In this document: positions 1-8,817 of the stretch, in pieces
Layout: each line of letters begins with the position of its first letter
How positions within the stretch are numbered: position 1 is the stretch's first letter
Translations under genes and position numbers: made by a program
From: Deltaproteobacteria bacterium
Lineage (GTDB): Bacteria > Desulfobacterota > Deferrisomatia > Deferrisomatales > BM512
Direction: 5' to 3'
Assembly (NCBI GenBank): GCA_030591565.1
Contig: JAUVAU010000003.1
Span: 4,879-68,878 of the forward strand
Length of the DNA: 64,000 bases
Notes under the pieces: generated by a model
Seen by the model: the letters and a program-made list of their open reading frames with translations, nothing else
What the model was told of the DNA's origin: nothing
Database searches by the model: none

Positions 1-46
1 TGGCCGTTACAATTACCCCACGTTGTTCTTGCGAAACAACGGGCAA

Positions 47-71
47 CGTTCGAGTCTCGCCTCCGGCACCA
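47..71 (+). other. tRNA 3'-end-like remnant (T-loop, acceptor 3' strand, ACCA); not a complete tRNA
   Basis: CGTTCGAGTCTCGCCTCCGGCACCA closely resembles the T-loop/acceptor/CCA end of type II (Leu-like) tRNAs. The expected 5' T-stem strand (CAACG) cannot pair with CTCGC, and no acceptor 5' strand fits. A terminator hairpin follows. Confidence 0.35.
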
Positions 72-79
72 GTATAATC

Positions 80-122
80 AATGGGTTACAGGCTTTTGCT
101 TGTAGCCCATTTTCCTTTTTTT
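80..122 (+). terminator. Rho-independent terminator-like hairpin after the tRNA-like end
   Basis: AATGGGTTACAGG-cttttg-CTTGTAGCCCATT imperfect stem followed by TTTCCTTTTTTT. Confidence 0.4.
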
Positions 123-430
123 AAACCCCAAATGCCAACATCAGCAAAAAACCAACTCTGATCTGAGGTTTCAAAAAGGACCGGTTTTGAACCAATTGCG
201 AGGGCTTTTCCTTATATCCATAATCCAACAACTACCGATAGGCATAAATCGCATCTCCCAAGGCTAAACTCGGATGCACCACGGAACAGTTTTGTCGCAG
301 TTGACTGCGAGCACTTTTTAAAGTGTCCGATTACAGATAGCCAAAATATCAATCACCTGCTAGAACTGGATGAACTCTAAATCACCATCTACGCAAAAAC
401 TTGAACAACTCGATTCTGGAGGGGATTAGT

Positions 431-2353
431 ATGAGAAAGATCTTTGACGGCGCATTGGTACTCTTGGCCTTATCCTTGACCCTGTTTGCTGTGGGCTGCG
501 GTTCCAGTGAAAGCAGCACGGCTACCACGGTGGAGGTGGAGGCGGACACCACACCGCCCACGGTGACTTACACATCACCAGCGGCGGATGATATGGATGC
601 CGCCGTAGACACGATGGTCGCGGTGACCTTTAGCGAGGCGCTGGACGCTACGACCGTAGACGGTGCGACGCTCACGCTTCTAGCCGCTGGTGAGACGACC
701 CCAGTGACAGCGACCATCGCCTATGACGACGGCCTGTATCAGGTAACCTGCGACCCCTACTACCAGCTAGCACCCTCTACCACATACGCCGCCACACTAG
801 TCACTACGGTAGCCGACTTGGCTGGCAATCTGCTGGCGGATGGCCTTACTTACCCCTTTGACGCTCTTACCTGGTCCTTTACCACAGGTGCCGACCTCGT
901 AGCCCCCGACGTAACTGCAGTCTTTCCCGCTGACGGCTCTGTGGCGAGCGCGGTAACTATAGCGAGCGCAACCTACAGCGAAACCCTCAACGTTGCCCCG
1001 ACAGATGGCGCGATGACGCTCACCTGCGGCGGCGTGGATGTGACTGGTACGGCCAGCTATGCTGATCTGACTCAGGCCACCTTCACCCCAGACGCGTCGC
1101 TCACTGTGGGCGACTCTTGCACCGCCACCTTCTTTGCCACATTGACCGACGCAGCGGCAAATTCCGGCGAGGCCACGGCCACATGGTCCTTCACGGTGGA
1201 CTACCCCCGTATTACCGGCACGCCCGTGGCTGCTGGTCCCATGGGCGCTGGCACCCCGGTTGAAATCACCGTGCCGATCAACGCGGCGGCCGAGTGCGTA
1301 ACCGTGGGCTTGCTTGATGGAATGGACAGCGTTGGCTCGGGCGCTAACTGCGTTGCCTCACCGGGCGACACGGAGATCGTCGTCAGCGTAAACACCGACC
1401 CCGGTCCCGGCGGTGACTATGTCATCGCGGTCCAGGTCGACCACTCCAACGGCCCCCCGGTTTCTGATTACTTCTTTGACGATACGGTCTCCGCGGACAA
1501 CTACACCTGGTCCACCTCCGGCATTACCCCCGAAGACTCGGGCATCCCTCTGGGCATGGTCACCCTGGAACCCCTGCCAGATTTAACGGTGGCGATTTTA
1601 GACGTGACAATTGATGGTTCCGACACCTTTGTCAACTACGAGGTCTGCAACATCGGTTTCGGAGACACTGCCGACTCCTTTGAGGTGGGGATATTCATTG
1701 ATCCGGTTACTACGCCCCAGCTTGGCGATACGCCCGATATCACGAGAGCAGTGGCAGCCCTTACAACAGGCGGGTGCGCAACCGATTACGTACAGGTTGC
1801 TACCCCCTTAACAGGACGATTCACTGACTATTATGCAATGGCCGACAGCGCCCAAGACGTAACAGAACCGAATGAGGCCAACAACGTCAGCGCTCCATAC
1901 ACTGTTCCAACCGGCGTAGCCCCCGAAACCTACACCGGCTCCTCGCTATCCCAGGAAATTCCCGACGCCTGGGGCGGAGGTCCCGGCGTTCTCCAGGAGG
2001 ACATCACCGTAACTTCAATAGCAGCACTGGACGATATCGTGGTGACCATAGATATAACCCATACCTATGTCAGCGACCTTGATATCTACCTGGTCTCGCC
2101 TTTGGGCACCACTATAACCCTCAGCAATGATAATGGGGGTGGCAGCGATGATTACACTATGACTGTCTTTGACGACACTGCTGCTACATCCATAAACTCC
2201 GGCTCCGCCCCCTTTACCGGCACATACCGCCCCGATCAGCCTCTCTCCACCTTTGCCGGTGAAAATCCAAATGGTACCTGGATACTGCGAATTGAAGATG
2301 ACTCTATACTAGACACCGGCACCATCTGGTCCTGGTCGATAGGAATCTGGTAG
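431..2353 (+). CDS. secreted lipoprotein with Ig-like (SbsA/Big-type) repeats, a CARDB-like segment and a C-terminal proprotein-convertase P-domain
   Basis: ORF 401..2353. The in-frame ATG at 431 is preceded by GGAGGGG. Lipobox LFAVGC. Repeated TPPTV..SPA..V.V.FSE..D..T segments. LPDLTV...NIGFGD...EANN segment. C-terminal DLDIYLVSPLGT...NPNGTWILRIED. Confidence 0.85.
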   Translation: MRKIFDGALVLLALSLTLFAVGCGSSESSTATTVEVEADTTPPTVTYTSPAADDMDAAVDTMVAVTFSEALDATTVDGATLTLLAAGETTPVTATIAYDDGLYQVTCDPYYQLAPSTTYAATLVTTVADLAGNLLADGLTYPFDALTWSFTTGADLVAPDVTAVFPADGSVASAVTIASATYSETLNVAPTDGAMTLTCGGVDVTGTASYADLTQATFTPDASLTVGDSCTATFFATLTDAAANSGEATATWSFTVDYPRITGTPVAAGPMGAGTPVEITVPINAAAECVTVGLLDGMDSVGSGANCVASPGDTEIVVSVNTDPGPGGDYVIAVQVDHSNGPPVSDYFFDDTVSADNYTWSTSGITPEDSGIPLGMVTLEPLPDLTVAILDVTIDGSDTFVNYEVCNIGFGDTADSFEVGIFIDPVTTPQLGDTPDITRAVAALTTGGCATDYVQVATPLTGRFTDYYAMADSAQDVTEPNEANNVSAPYTVPTGVAPETYTGSSLSQEIPDAWGGGPGVLQEDITVTSIAALDDIVVTIDITHTYVSDLDIYLVSPLGTTITLSNDNGGGSDDYTMTVFDDTAATSINSGSAPFTGTYRPDQPLSTFAGENPNGTWILRIEDDSILDTGTIWSWSIGIW

Positions 2354-2381
2354 AGATCCACCGCATCGCATAAACGAAAAA

Positions 2382-2408
2382 GACCGCCCTTCGGGGCGGT
2401 CTTTTTTA
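2382..2408 (+). terminator. Rho-independent terminator
   Basis: GACCGCCC-ttcg-GGGCGGTC followed by TTTTTTATT, 28 nt after the stop at 2353. Confidence 0.7.
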
Positions 2409-2534
2409 TTGGCTATGGGTTAATGTGCATACAGGTTTTGCAAAATCCTTCCTTTTCGGAACAATTCTAGATCAGCTATCGGGATGTTGCAAAAAGCCGC
2501 CTTTTCTCAAGGCAAGAAAGTGGCCCTGCCGCTG

Positions 2535-3134
2535 TTAATGTTCAAGCCTGCTTCCGCCCTCAGCGATATTGCGAGCAGATCTCGCATCAGACAGTATGCG
2601 GCTTATCGTCGCGCATGAAACAGAAAACAACCGAGCCACTTCAGCATTGATCTTTCGGCCTGTAGTTACCATTTCAATGATCTCAGCCTTTTGCTCGGTA
2701 GTGAGTTTTCTTGGCCGTCCCAGCACCTTGCCTCTCATGCGAGCAGCTACCAAACCTGCCTTCGTCCTTTCGCGAATCATTTCCCTCTCAAACTCAGCAA
2801 AGCTACCAAGCATCTGCATTAACATTCTGCCGGCGGGAGCCGTTGTGTCAATAGCCTCGGTGAGGCTGCAAAAACCTGCTCCTTTAGCTTCAATCAAATC
2901 CATTATGGCCAAGAGGTCTTTCAATGAGCGAGACAGGCGATCGAGCTTCCAGACGACCACAACATCGTCGGCACGAAGAAGGTCGATCATATGGTGAAGC
3001 TGTGGTCTTTCCCAGCGTCCGCCTGATGCTTGGTCTTCAAAAATGCGATGTGCGCCAGCTGCCTTTAGCGCATCAACTTGGGCTTTAGTGTCCTGATTAT
3101 CTGCTCTTGAAACCCGTGCGTATCCCATAAACAT
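2535..3134 (-). CDS. serine recombinase (resolvase/invertase, Hin/Gin/Pin-like)
   Basis: MGYARVSRADNQD catalytic-Ser N-terminus, KLDRLSRS motif, GRPRKLT linker and C-terminal HTH. Start moved to the ATG at 3134, which has an AGGAAGGAG SD 7 nt upstream. Confidence 0.9.
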   Translation of the reverse strand: MFMGYARVSRADNQDTKAQVDALKAAGAHRIFEDQASGGRWERPQLHHMIDLLRADDVVVVWKLDRLSRSLKDLLAIMDLIEAKGAGFCSLTEAIDTTAPAGRMLMQMLGSFAEFEREMIRERTKAGLVAARMRGKVLGRPRKLTTEQKAEIIEMVTTGRKINAEVARLFSVSCATISRILSDARSARNIAEGGSRLEH

Positions 3135-3347
3135 GACAATTCTCCTTCCTTTTTCGGCACAGGCCACCTTCATATATAAAGATGGCTCGCATCAGAGAAT
3201 CGTCAAAAAGGACCGTTTTTTCATCGCGACTTAGAAGAGTTGCAAAAGTCCCAAAAGGCTTCATGCAACCAATGCGTTCATTTTAAAATAGATCGGCACC
3301 TGACGTGAGCCGCTTTATCGAGGTGAGCCCTCAAAACGTTGGCGTTG

Positions 3348-3812
3348 TCACAATTCGAGGATTTTGTTTAGGTAGTAGAGGCGATTTCGGTACCACTCAG
3401 TGGTCAGGATCGCCACCCCGCCAAATATAACAGCCCAGTAGCTTTCCTGAAGTACTCCGCTAACGTGGTAGAAGCCCAAAAAGGCTGCCAGATAGGCGAC
3501 ATGATGGAATCCGTTCCCCGGGGAACTTTGCCCAGCCATACGGGTGATGCTTAAAATCATCGCCGAAAACAGATACAAGACGAAGGTGGCGTTGACCAGA
3601 AGCGGCGGTGGCGGTTGCCCCATGATGCTCTTCCATTGCTCGGGCATGGCAGGAATATACATAAACCCTGTGCGTGCCCAAATGCCTATGGATAAAAAAA
3701 CCACCAGCGGCCACAGCCCACGATGGATTTTGACCTCCAGCGCCGCTATGTCGGACGCGGTAGTGCCACCTTCACCATTGCGGTCCTTGGAACTTTTGTT
3801 TTCGCCACTCAT
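3348..3812 (-). CDS. hypothetical integral membrane protein (about 4 TM segments)
   Basis: ORF with several hydrophobic helices, co-oriented with and downstream of the redox operon. No recognisable family and a weak SD. Confidence 0.45.
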   Translation of the reverse strand: MSGENKSSKDRNGEGGTTASDIAALEVKIHRGLWPLVVFLSIGIWARTGFMYIPAMPEQWKSIMGQPPPPLLVNATFVLYLFSAMILSITRMAGQSSPGNGFHHVAYLAAFLGFYHVSGVLQESYWAVIFGGVAILTTEWYRNRLYYLNKILEL

Positions 3813-3971
3813 GAATCGTCCAGTCGTGTAGCCGGGTGGCTCAGTGTTAGCGCCCCCATGTGCTGTCGGTCAAACGATTTTTGCAATACTCTTCGAGAGC
3901 ATAACGCAAATCCGCTATATCGGTCTAATGAATCTGCGCTGGTCCGGGTTAGTACTGCAATTGCCCTCGAT

Positions 3972-4772
3972 TCAGTGTGTATCTCCTTTTTTGAGCATCA
4001 ATTGTATTTTTCGTACTGCGCTTGCTACCTCTTCCAATTCACCTGCCAATCTGGGCGGCGGCGTCTTGGTGTCGCCGGTCGATACGCAGTAGAGATATTT
4101 GCCCAGTTGGCGTAGCGGACTCACCACGTTCATTTGCAGAAGGGCTGCAACGCCCCCTATGATCAACAAGAGCATCATCACGCCAAATACCGTCAAGCGC
4201 CGACCCATTACAGCCAGGCTATGGCGCAACGGTCCTTCAGAGAGCCCGATATCGAGTGTGCCGAGGACCGTCTGGGTGGGTGGGTGGTGGTGGCACTGCG
4301 CGGTGTGGCATGTCTCATCGTTGTAGATGGCGGCGGTGGTTGCCATCACCGGCTCGCCGGAGTCGCTGACAAATCTTCTGGTCTGCTCCATGGGGCCGAG
4401 TGTTTTTATCGGCTCTCTTCCACTATGACAGACTGAGCAGCCCTCGACTTCGACGTTTACCTCTCGCCCCACGTCTTCGCTGTTCCCGGAGAAGACGATA
4501 ACCCCCTTCTTGTTGAATATTCGCACGTACTCCACAAGATGCTCTTCATTTACGCTCTCCACGATGTTGAGCAGGGCTTCCCGGTCGTCTTGTAGCATGG
4601 CGTAACGGGTAGACTTAAGCAAAACGTTGGAGATGTCGTTTGCATGCAGGATGTTTTCTTCAATCCGGTCGCGCTGCATGCTCGAATAGAGCAGCAGACA
4701 GCACACGACTATAAAACCGGTTGTGGTAAAAACCACGGGAATGATGGCTTTCGCTGCTAGGGTTTTGAACAT
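3972..4772 (-). CDS. membrane-anchored periplasmic haem-c sensor domain protein with HAMP-like tail, lacking a kinase transmitter
   Basis: TM1, periplasmic domain with CSVCH and CHTAQCHHHP, then TM2. Clear paralogy by eye to residues 1-250 of the kinase at 11032..12576 (KSTRYAMLQDDRE vs KTTHYQMLENNRE; AIYNDETCHTAQCHHHPP vs AIYNQESCYTAPCHFHPP). Ends after about 60 cytoplasmic residues. Confidence 0.75.
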   Translation of the reverse strand: MFKTLAAKAIIPVVFTTTGFIVVCCLLLYSSMQRDRIEENILHANDISNVLLKSTRYAMLQDDREALLNIVESVNEEHLVEYVRIFNKKGVIVFSGNSEDVGREVNVEVEGCSVCHSGREPIKTLGPMEQTRRFVSDSGEPVMATTAAIYNDETCHTAQCHHHPPTQTVLGTLDIGLSEGPLRHSLAVMGRRLTVFGVMMLLLIIGGVAALLQMNVVSPLRQLGKYLYCVSTGDTKTPPPRLAGELEEVASAVRKIQLMLKKGDTH

Positions 4773-4850
4773 CTAAGCACCCCTTCCCGCATCGCCCGCA
4801 CCCCAGTTTGGACTGCGTCGAGGCTTTTCCTGCACTGTCCCGTACTGCGT

Positions 4851-6182
4851 TTATGCGGACACCTCTCCAAGCGACTGAGTCTCTGATGGCTTCTCGGCGC
4901 TCGGGATTACTACGACTGCTTCCTCCACGACCGTTTCCTCTTTCCATGTGTAGAGGATGGGCAGCCGATAGAGCAGGAAGCGGTATACCAAGAGATAGAT
5001 GGTGAATATTGAAACTACAATTATTATCTCGCCTATGTGCGGCAACTCCTGGTAGAGATTCCAGTTAAAGGTAAAGAGTGCTGTATTGAGGCGATTAAGA
5101 ACTATGCCCAGCACGGTGAGCAGCGCCGCGAAACGAGCCAGGCCGACCTTGTTGTGGCGGATGGAATAAGCGAACAAAACGATCGGGACCACCACCCCCA
5201 TAAGCATCTCCATGCCATACAATCCTCCCCAGCTGGTGGCGAGATAAGCCCACTCGTTATCGTGGGCAAGGCCGATGAGTTTTATGGTGAAGTAGGTTAC
5301 CAATCCCATGCTGGCCCCTTTGGCCAGACCGATTGTCAGGCGATCCAGATTATCCAGGAAGTTGCTGTCGCACCTCCAGCCCATCGTTCGCTTGATGATG
5401 GTGCTCACCACTATTACCATGCAAAGGCCTGCCGGAATTGAGGAGCAGAAGAAGAACACCCACTGAAACTCATCGGAATACCAGAGGGGATGTACCTTGC
5501 CCGGAGCATAGGTAAAAAGTGCACCCAGCGCGCCTTGATGCAGGGTGGAGAGGATGATGCCCGCAGTGGTCAGTCCCAGGGCTATCCTGCGTATAAAACG
5601 TTTGCCCGCGAGCCACCCGACCCACTCGAAAAAGGATGCGGACACCTCGGCCATCTGGACCGACAGGTAGGTAGCCACATGCCAGCCCACCAGGAAGAGG
5701 ACTGCGGCGGGCCCCCAGGAGACCACCATCGGATAGGGCAAGCGCCAGGGCTGCCCCAGGTCGGCCAGCAGATAGACTACGGCAAAGAGGTAACCCAACA
5801 ATCCGTTTAGAAGAGCCAATCGCTCAATGGATTCGTAATCGTGTCGCCCAAAAACCTCCACGGTGGTGCCCAATAAAAATCCCGAAGCGGAGAGGGGGAC
5901 CATACAGAATAGGCCAAACCCCAGAAAAAGCCCCCAGGGGTAATCGTTTGAGGCGTGCGTGACGTACCCCAGGCCGAAGATGAAACGACTGACGATGACT
6001 GGCAGACCGACGACCAGGATCACCGCCGCCACCCAATTGAGCGGATTTCTAAATGCCTGTGACAAGTAGTCGCGCAGGCTCAAGCCTAGCAGCAGTTTCT
6101 CTTTGAATGTCCACGGCTGTTTGTCGGGAGCGGGGCGGGGACCGTCAAGCGGTGTGGTTCCGTTCTTTACCAACCTTTTCAT
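4851..6182 (-). CDS. NrfD/PsrC/HybB-family integral membrane quinone-interacting subunit
   Basis: 443-aa polytopic membrane protein. ATGA start/stop overlap with the upstream FeS subunit gene. Typical third gene of cytochrome-FeS-NrfD modules. Confidence 0.8.
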   Translation of the reverse strand: MKRLVKNGTTPLDGPRPAPDKQPWTFKEKLLLGLSLRDYLSQAFRNPLNWVAAVILVVGLPVIVSRFIFGLGYVTHASNDYPWGLFLGFGLFCMVPLSASGFLLGTTVEVFGRHDYESIERLALLNGLLGYLFAVVYLLADLGQPWRLPYPMVVSWGPAAVLFLVGWHVATYLSVQMAEVSASFFEWVGWLAGKRFIRRIALGLTTAGIILSTLHQGALGALFTYAPGKVHPLWYSDEFQWVFFFCSSIPAGLCMVIVVSTIIKRTMGWRCDSNFLDNLDRLTIGLAKGASMGLVTYFTIKLIGLAHDNEWAYLATSWGGLYGMEMLMGVVVPIVLFAYSIRHNKVGLARFAALLTVLGIVLNRLNTALFTFNWNLYQELPHIGEIIIVVSIFTIYLLVYRFLLYRLPILYTWKEETVVEEAVVVIPSAEKPSETQSLGEVSA

Positions 6183-7120
6183 CGGCTTTCTCCCTTCTTA
6201 TCGTCCTGACAATCAGCGGCTGCATTACGTTCTCTTTTTTTAGCCAGCATGTGAAAACCGGTGAACAGGGCAGGCCAAATGGCGAGCACCATCGGGACCA
6301 TACCGAGAAAGCCCTTTACATTCGAAATAATCGGCTCTTTTTGCAAAGTAGTGTCAAAACCTACCTGTTCGAAGGGGACGCCGGACAGGTACATCCAGGC
6401 GGTTCCACCCACCTCTTTTTCCCCATAGATATGATCGACATATTTGTCGGGCTGATATCTGATCCTTTCGCGCCCTATCGCTAACAGCTGCTCGCGGTGG
6501 CCAAAGACCATCGCTTCCTGCGGACAAGCCTCGACACATGCCGGGGGTTGTCCGTGCACCAGCCGGTTGTCGTAGCAAAAGTTGCATTTAACGATGAGGG
6601 GGTTCAAGGCGCTGGAGTAGCTGTAGGCCGGAACGTAGAAGGGGCAGGCGACCATGCACATACGACACCCGACACAAACCTCGGGGTCATAGATGACTGC
6701 GCCCTCTCCGGTCTTTGTGTATGCGTTGACAAAGCACGAGGTCAAACATGAAGGCTCGTTACAATGGTTGCACTGCATCTTTCTAAACACGGGGGTATCC
6801 GAGCCGGGTATTTCGTAGCGGTTCACCACCGTGTAGGCACTTTCGTCCGTTCTGCGTTTTGCCCCATTGTGCGACTCTTTCTCCAGAACCGAAAGATCGT
6901 CAAAGGGCTCCTGTGGCGCAGGCAGATTGTGCTCCGCGTTGCACGCCGCCTCGCAGGTTCGGCAACCAATACATCTGGTCAGATCCACGAGCACGCCCAT
7001 GCCATCGGGGTAGCCCTGAAGCTTTGGTGCCGCCCACGCTGAGCGTGCCCCTCCGATGGAGCCGGCCACCGCACCTGCGACGCCCGCGGCCAAAAATTTT
7101 CTTCGGCTTATTTTACCCAT
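6179..7120 (-). CDS. periplasmic 4x[4Fe-4S] ferredoxin-type subunit (HybA/NrfC/HmcB-like) with Tat signal and C-terminal TM anchor
   Basis: SRRKFLAAG twin-arginine signal. Cys clusters CIGCRTCEAAC, CNHCNEPSC, CVGCRMCMVACP, CNFC...CVEACP. C-terminal hydrophobic helix. Confidence 0.9.
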   Translation of the reverse strand: MGKISRRKFLAAGVAGAVAGSIGGARSAWAAPKLQGYPDGMGVLVDLTRCIGCRTCEAACNAEHNLPAPQEPFDDLSVLEKESHNGAKRRTDESAYTVVNRYEIPGSDTPVFRKMQCNHCNEPSCLTSCFVNAYTKTGEGAVIYDPEVCVGCRMCMVACPFYVPAYSYSSALNPLIVKCNFCYDNRLVHGQPPACVEACPQEAMVFGHREQLLAIGRERIRYQPDKYVDHIYGEKEVGGTAWMYLSGVPFEQVGFDTTLQKEPIISNVKGFLGMVPMVLAIWPALFTGFHMLAKKRERNAAADCQDDKKGESR

Positions 7121-7172
7121 ATTGAAACTCCTCCCGATTCAATCCCTGACAATTACCCCCTTGCAACGGGTA

Positions 7173-7709
7173 TCAGTGGGTACCACCCCCGCCACCCGCT
7201 GCGACCTTCGCATTCGGGGTTTCAAGGCTGGCCTTGAAAAGACTATCTCCAAGCTGATTTCGCTCATGGCAATCCTGGCAACCGATGGGAGCCCCCTCAC
7301 TGATGTGGCATCCCAGACAGCTGCGGTGGTAGGCACCCTTGAGTCCAGGTTTGTCAACATGATAGCGCCTGGACTCACGCTCCCTGCTGTACACCTGCTC
7401 GGCGCTGAAGGGGTCCGGCGCGTGGCACCGCTGGCAAGCCACCGGTGACGAAGCCTCGGTCCTGTCGTGACACATCGTGCATTTCTCATCCACGGCGGGG
7501 GTGCCGGCGGTGTGGTGGTGGCACGCAGCGCAGCTCTCGACGATATCGATATGCATGGAGTGATCAAAGTCCACCGCGTAGTAGTACTTGGCGAGACCGT
7601 CGATCTCTACCGTGTCGGGCAAATCTGCCGCCGTGCAGTGAACTGCCCACAGCGAGAAAAATGCTAAAAACGCCAATATTTCAGTTCTACGTTTCAGTCG
7701 TGCTTGCAT
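7173..7709 (-). CDS. periplasmic multihaem cytochrome c (5 CxxCH; c3/NrfB-like)
   Basis: Signal peptide. CAACH, CTMCH, CQRCH, CLGCH, CQDCH. c3-like VDFDHSMH motif. Confidence 0.85.
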   Translation of the reverse strand: MQARLKRRTEILAFLAFFSLWAVHCTAADLPDTVEIDGLAKYYYAVDFDHSMHIDIVESCAACHHHTAGTPAVDEKCTMCHDRTEASSPVACQRCHAPDPFSAEQVYSRERESRRYHVDKPGLKGAYHRSCLGCHISEGAPIGCQDCHERNQLGDSLFKASLETPNAKVAAGGGGGTH

Positions 7710-7770
7710 CGTTACCTCTTTTTCAACCTGAGTAAGGTTCGCAAAGGGTCCATTCGCGCTTGGCCGCCAA

Positions 7771-7938
7771 TCATTCCGGGGGCGTGTTTATGTAGCGGTA
7801 AAAGATAGGAAATCCGACGAAAAATCCGGCACATATCAGATATTCCAACCCCTTGACGTAGGTATAGAAGTCAACCATCGTGTGGATTGTTTTCACTTCA
7901 CCGACGGAGACGAACATCTGTAGAAATTGCTCTAACAT
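7771..7938 (-). CDS. small hypothetical protein (55 aa), absent from the ORF track
   Basis: ATG at 7938 preceded by GGGAGGTGAGAG. MLEQFLQMFVSVGEVKTIHTMVDFYTYVKGLEYLICAGFFVGFPIFYRYINTPPE. One C-terminal hydrophobic helix. Lies between co-oriented operon genes. Confidence 0.4.
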   Translation of the reverse strand: MLEQFLQMFVSVGEVKTIHTMVDFYTYVKGLEYLICAGFFVGFPIFYRYINTPPE

Positions 7939-7988
7939 GGTCTCTCACCTCCCTGTACACCGCGGCCCGGCTACAGCCCTAATGCGTG

Positions 7989-8231
7989 TTATTGCTTTTG
8001 CCTCGCCCTTACCAAGACCTTCTCCCGCAAGTTCTCGGCGATGCCCTTTAGCATTCCGATGAGCAGAAACATGGCCGGAGCAAGCTGAGCGATAATCACC
8101 AGGGCACATAAGCCGAGAAAACCGATAATCAACAGCCCGCTGCTGTAGACCTGGGTCGTATCCACTGCCAGGGCGGGCGCTACTGCCGCCATCCAAGCAA
8201 CTAAAGCCGTAAGGAGTGTAATTCGTTTCAT
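7989..8231 (-). CDS. small secreted/membrane protein (80 aa), paralog of 8818..9075
   Basis: Signal peptide ...APALA, then a TM segment GLLIIGFLGLCALVIIAQLAPAMFLLIGMLKG that aligns with the TM of the 85-aa protein at 8818..9075. Confidence 0.55.
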   Translation of the reverse strand: MKRITLLTALVAWMAAVAPALAVDTTQVYSSGLLIIGFLGLCALVIIAQLAPAMFLLIGMLKGIAENLREKVLVRARQKQ

Positions 8232-8254
8232 GGTTGCCTCCCTTCCTTTCGCAT

Positions 8255-8701
8255 TTAAGGTCGCCGGTATTTGGGCGAAGCATTTGCCCCTGTAGCCATC
8301 GTGACGCCGTCATGCGGTTCGGCATTGCCGCCCAACCCCCTGAACGCGCACTCGACGACGGACATGATCTCTTCGCGGTCATCACTGCCTACCGACTTCA
8401 TCAGGTAATAAAAGATCCCTTCATCGCGTAGCCGTCTCAACTCGGGTGCCGCTATTTCTTCCGAGGCGATGATCACCTTCAACTCCGAGCTGCAACTCTT
8501 GAGCACCGGCAACAGGTCGAGCGCCGAAACACCGTCTATGCGCCCCCCCAAGATAAGAACCTTGGCAACGTTTTTGAGGATCACGTCTATCGCCTGAGCG
8601 CACGAGCGTGTGGTGAATACGTCGTAGCCCGCCTCTGTGAGTAAACCGCTTAACTTCATCCGCGATGAAACATCATCGTCGGCTATCAAGAGCGCCAGCA
8701 T
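8255..8701 (-). CDS. receiver-domain-like protein (probable pseudo-receiver)
   Basis: LLIADDD beta1 acidic pocket and conserved S and K positions. At the expected phospho-acceptor position the sequence reads VLILGGRIDG (Gly instead of Asp). Start set at ATG 8701 with a GAGGGAGGG SD. Confidence 0.7.
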   Translation of the reverse strand: MLALLIADDDVSSRMKLSGLLTEAGYDVFTTRSCAQAIDVILKNVAKVLILGGRIDGVSALDLLPVLKSCSSELKVIIASEEIAAPELRRLRDEGIFYYLMKSVGSDDREEIMSVVECAFRGLGGNAEPHDGVTMATGANASPKYRRP

Positions 8702-8817
8702 CGTAGTCACCCTCCCTCGAACACGGTTAAGGGCATTGAACACACACAGCTATTCACAGTTATTCACCCCTGCTTTGGGGCGAGCAGGGGTTGGGCACAA
8801 AGTGGCCTGCCAAAGCC

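Noticed and set aside
1-71. Complete tRNA gene (anticodon-like hairpin CGTTGTT-CTTGCGA-AACAACG with TGC in the loop, then T-loop and CCA)
   Set aside because: With canonical numbering the T-stem 5' strand (CAACG) pairs with CTCGC at only 1 of 5 positions. The 5' acceptor strand expected from CTCCGGC is absent. An Ala anticodon would conflict with the Leu-like acceptor end. Kept only as a 3'-end remnant.
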